A stretch of 64,000 nt of DNA from Takakia lepidozioides (Eukaryota; Plantae; Bryophyta), in assembly GCA_030704615.1 (NCBI GenBank), contig CM060734.1, positions 33,356,001 through 33,420,000 of the forward strand. Direction: 5' to 3'. This document shows positions 62,340 to 64,000 of this stretch, piece after piece. How positions within the stretch are numbered: position 1 is the stretch's first letter; each line of letters starts with the position of its first letter. The notes under the pieces are model-generated. The model was given only the letters and a program-made list of their open reading frames with translations, was not told where the DNA came from and did not search any database. The translations under genes were made by a program, and so were the position numbers.

Positions 62340-62790
62340 GATTCAAAATGGCATGAAATTTCTGAGATATGCATTGGTGCAAAAGTAATGTTAACTCAAA
62401 ATATTAATTTAGAAATTGAAATTAATTTAGAAATTAATGAAATTTAATTTAGAAATTGGTGCTGCCAACGGTTCAATTGGAACATTTACACAAATTCAAG
62501 CAACATCAGATCCCCAAACAATTACATCAATATTAGTGCTCCTACATAATTCTGACAATAGTATAATACATCAAAATGAAATTAAATATACTAAAACATC
62601 TTTTCCATTGACATTAGCATATGCCATGACTGGTCACAAATCTCAAGGTGCAACAATATCTTCAAATGTAATGATATCAATAAAAGAAGCATTTTCACCA
62701 CATTATGCTTTCAAGAGTTACATCTAGATGTCATTTAAAAATAATAAACACTCTAACACCCGATGATTTTGAGCCCATGAAAATCTGAAA
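62340..62790 (+). pseudogene. PIF1-family helicase C-terminal fragment (Helitron-like or other TE)
   Basis: IGAKVMLTQNINLEIGAANGSIG and FPLTLAYAMTGHKSQGATI; frame broken by a tandem triplication of AATTTAGAAATT at ~62406-62457. Confidence 0.85.
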
Positions 62791-62801
62791 AATACGCACA
62801 T

Positions 62802-63150
62802 TAGCTGGTAGCTCAGTTGGTAAGTGCACAGTGTGTCGCCCTGGTGGTTCGGACCCGTTGCCCTGCCTGGTGTGTGGATTGTTCGTGACCGGTGACGTTT
62901 CCCACCTGTGCCTAATGGCTTATCTGAAAGGGGGTTAAATTTTCCCCCTCCTCAAGGGCCTGAATTGTGAGCATTCGCTCCCAGGTTTCACAATTTTTTT
63001 TTTAAAAAAAAACATAATAAATTTTTTTTATGTATTCTCCTCTCACTATCAAAGGGACTGAATAAACCTTTATTATGCACTATCCTCTCACTATCAAGGG
63101 GCCTGATTTGTGAGCTGTCACTCCCAGGTGTTTTCCTTTATTAAAAATAA
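62802..63150 (+). mobile_element. tRNA-derived SINE plus two extra 3'-end fragments
   Basis: GGTAGCTCAGTTGGTAAG (A box), GGTTCGGACCC (B-box-like), body as at 21 kb, T/A tail; CCTCTCACTATCAA.GGG.CTGA repeated at ~63039 and ~63084. Confidence 0.78.
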
Positions 63151-63169
63151 GGAACTAAGATCGACGATT

Positions 63170-64000
63170 GAAAATTTCGGGGGAGGATGGAGCTCCGCGT
63201 TTTGCGGAGTGAGGGAGAGCGCCACAACCACCTTCCTGCGACGCCTTCCAAGCTTCTCGCTCAACTTGCAAACCTAAGTCCTACAGCGCCATCCAATCAT
63301 TCTCTCATCATCATCGGTACCCTTCAGGCTCTCCCCAGTACCCAGTCATCAAAAGGATCTATCATGATCCATCACCCCTCGCAATGAAACGATTGCAAAC
63401 CTCACTTCAGCTGCCTACCCGACGAACTTTACCCATTTCATCCTTCAAACAGACAAGATAGCCAGCATTGCAAGGTTCTCCATAATCCCCCTTAATGCTC
63501 AGCCGCCTTCACTCTGAAACATCCCCCAAATATCCTCGGCAATCTATCCACATCCAATCACCTTCAGCCTCCTGCCACCAAATTAAGAGCTACGCCAACC
63601 CCTGAAGGCAGTCACCATGCAGCCGTCACGATCACTAAATTCTCCCCCGTGTTGCCCAACTCGACGCTATCACTGCTCCTCAGCTGATCAGCTCCGAGGC
63701 TTTAACTAATAGCCATCGCTCCTTTCCAAGCTTCCTTATCTAGCTCTGCTACCCGCCCTCATAGCTCTTTCTCCTTACTGCCGCTTCAATTTCCCCATTA
63801 GTTCTCGCTCCCTCCCCGCCTTGTCTTTCCGAAGTCCTTCAGTCCACATATCATCTATGGCTCCCCAACTCAACAATTCCTTCAAATCCGCTCTAGCAAG
63901 GCCAGGTCGCTCCTCTTACGTTGACCCAAGGAAATTTCACCCCTCTATAGGCATAGGGTACTTCATGGCTCACCAGTCCCAGTCATTGGACCTCATCCCT
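63170..64000 (-). mobile_element. Highly degenerate LINE ORF2 fragment (between endonuclease and RT)
   Basis: Purine-rich minus strand with LKDEMG...EV...F-type remnant; many stops. Confidence 0.35.

Noticed and set aside
62802-62870. Functional tRNA gene
   Set aside because: Good A box but no cloverleaf, and it continues into a body shared with other SINE copies

Overview
Repeat-rich land-plant nuclear DNA, most likely a non-seed plant such as a bryophyte. This is inferred from a Replitron-like HUH transposase and the style of the Gag proteins, not proven. Four apparently intact host genes: (1) the 5' 541 codons of an intronless LRR receptor-like kinase (1-1624, -) whose LRRs strongly resemble BRI1/BRL brassinosteroid receptors; (2) a multi-exon PRMT4/CARM1 arginine methyltransferase (10497-20123, -) with one GC-AG intron; (3) a 7-exon C2-domain protein carrying a GPRP-type XYPP/hydrophobic/HGK tail (31468-34896, +); (4) a BOBBER/NudC gene (37719-40196, -). 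Between them lie nested, mostly dead mobile DNAs. These include a Ty3/gypsy element with an extra 5' ORF, a TTTAAAC -1 frameshift signal and a dUTPase-like domain, interrupted by a chromovirus remnant, and a Replitron transposase split into two oppositely oriented halves. There are also tRNA-derived SINEs, LINE fragments, solo-LTR-like repeats, MITE/fold-backs, a PIF1 helicase fragment, and pseudogene fragments of URM1, a UGT and PLS-class PPRs. The most unexpected sequence is a disrupted gene for a Cys-rich protein ending in a TET/JBP-like 2OG-Fe(II) dioxygenase domain (56006-57509), divergent from an unknown multi-exon pseudogene in an AT-rich block. All assignments come from manual translation and remembered family motifs; no searches were run.
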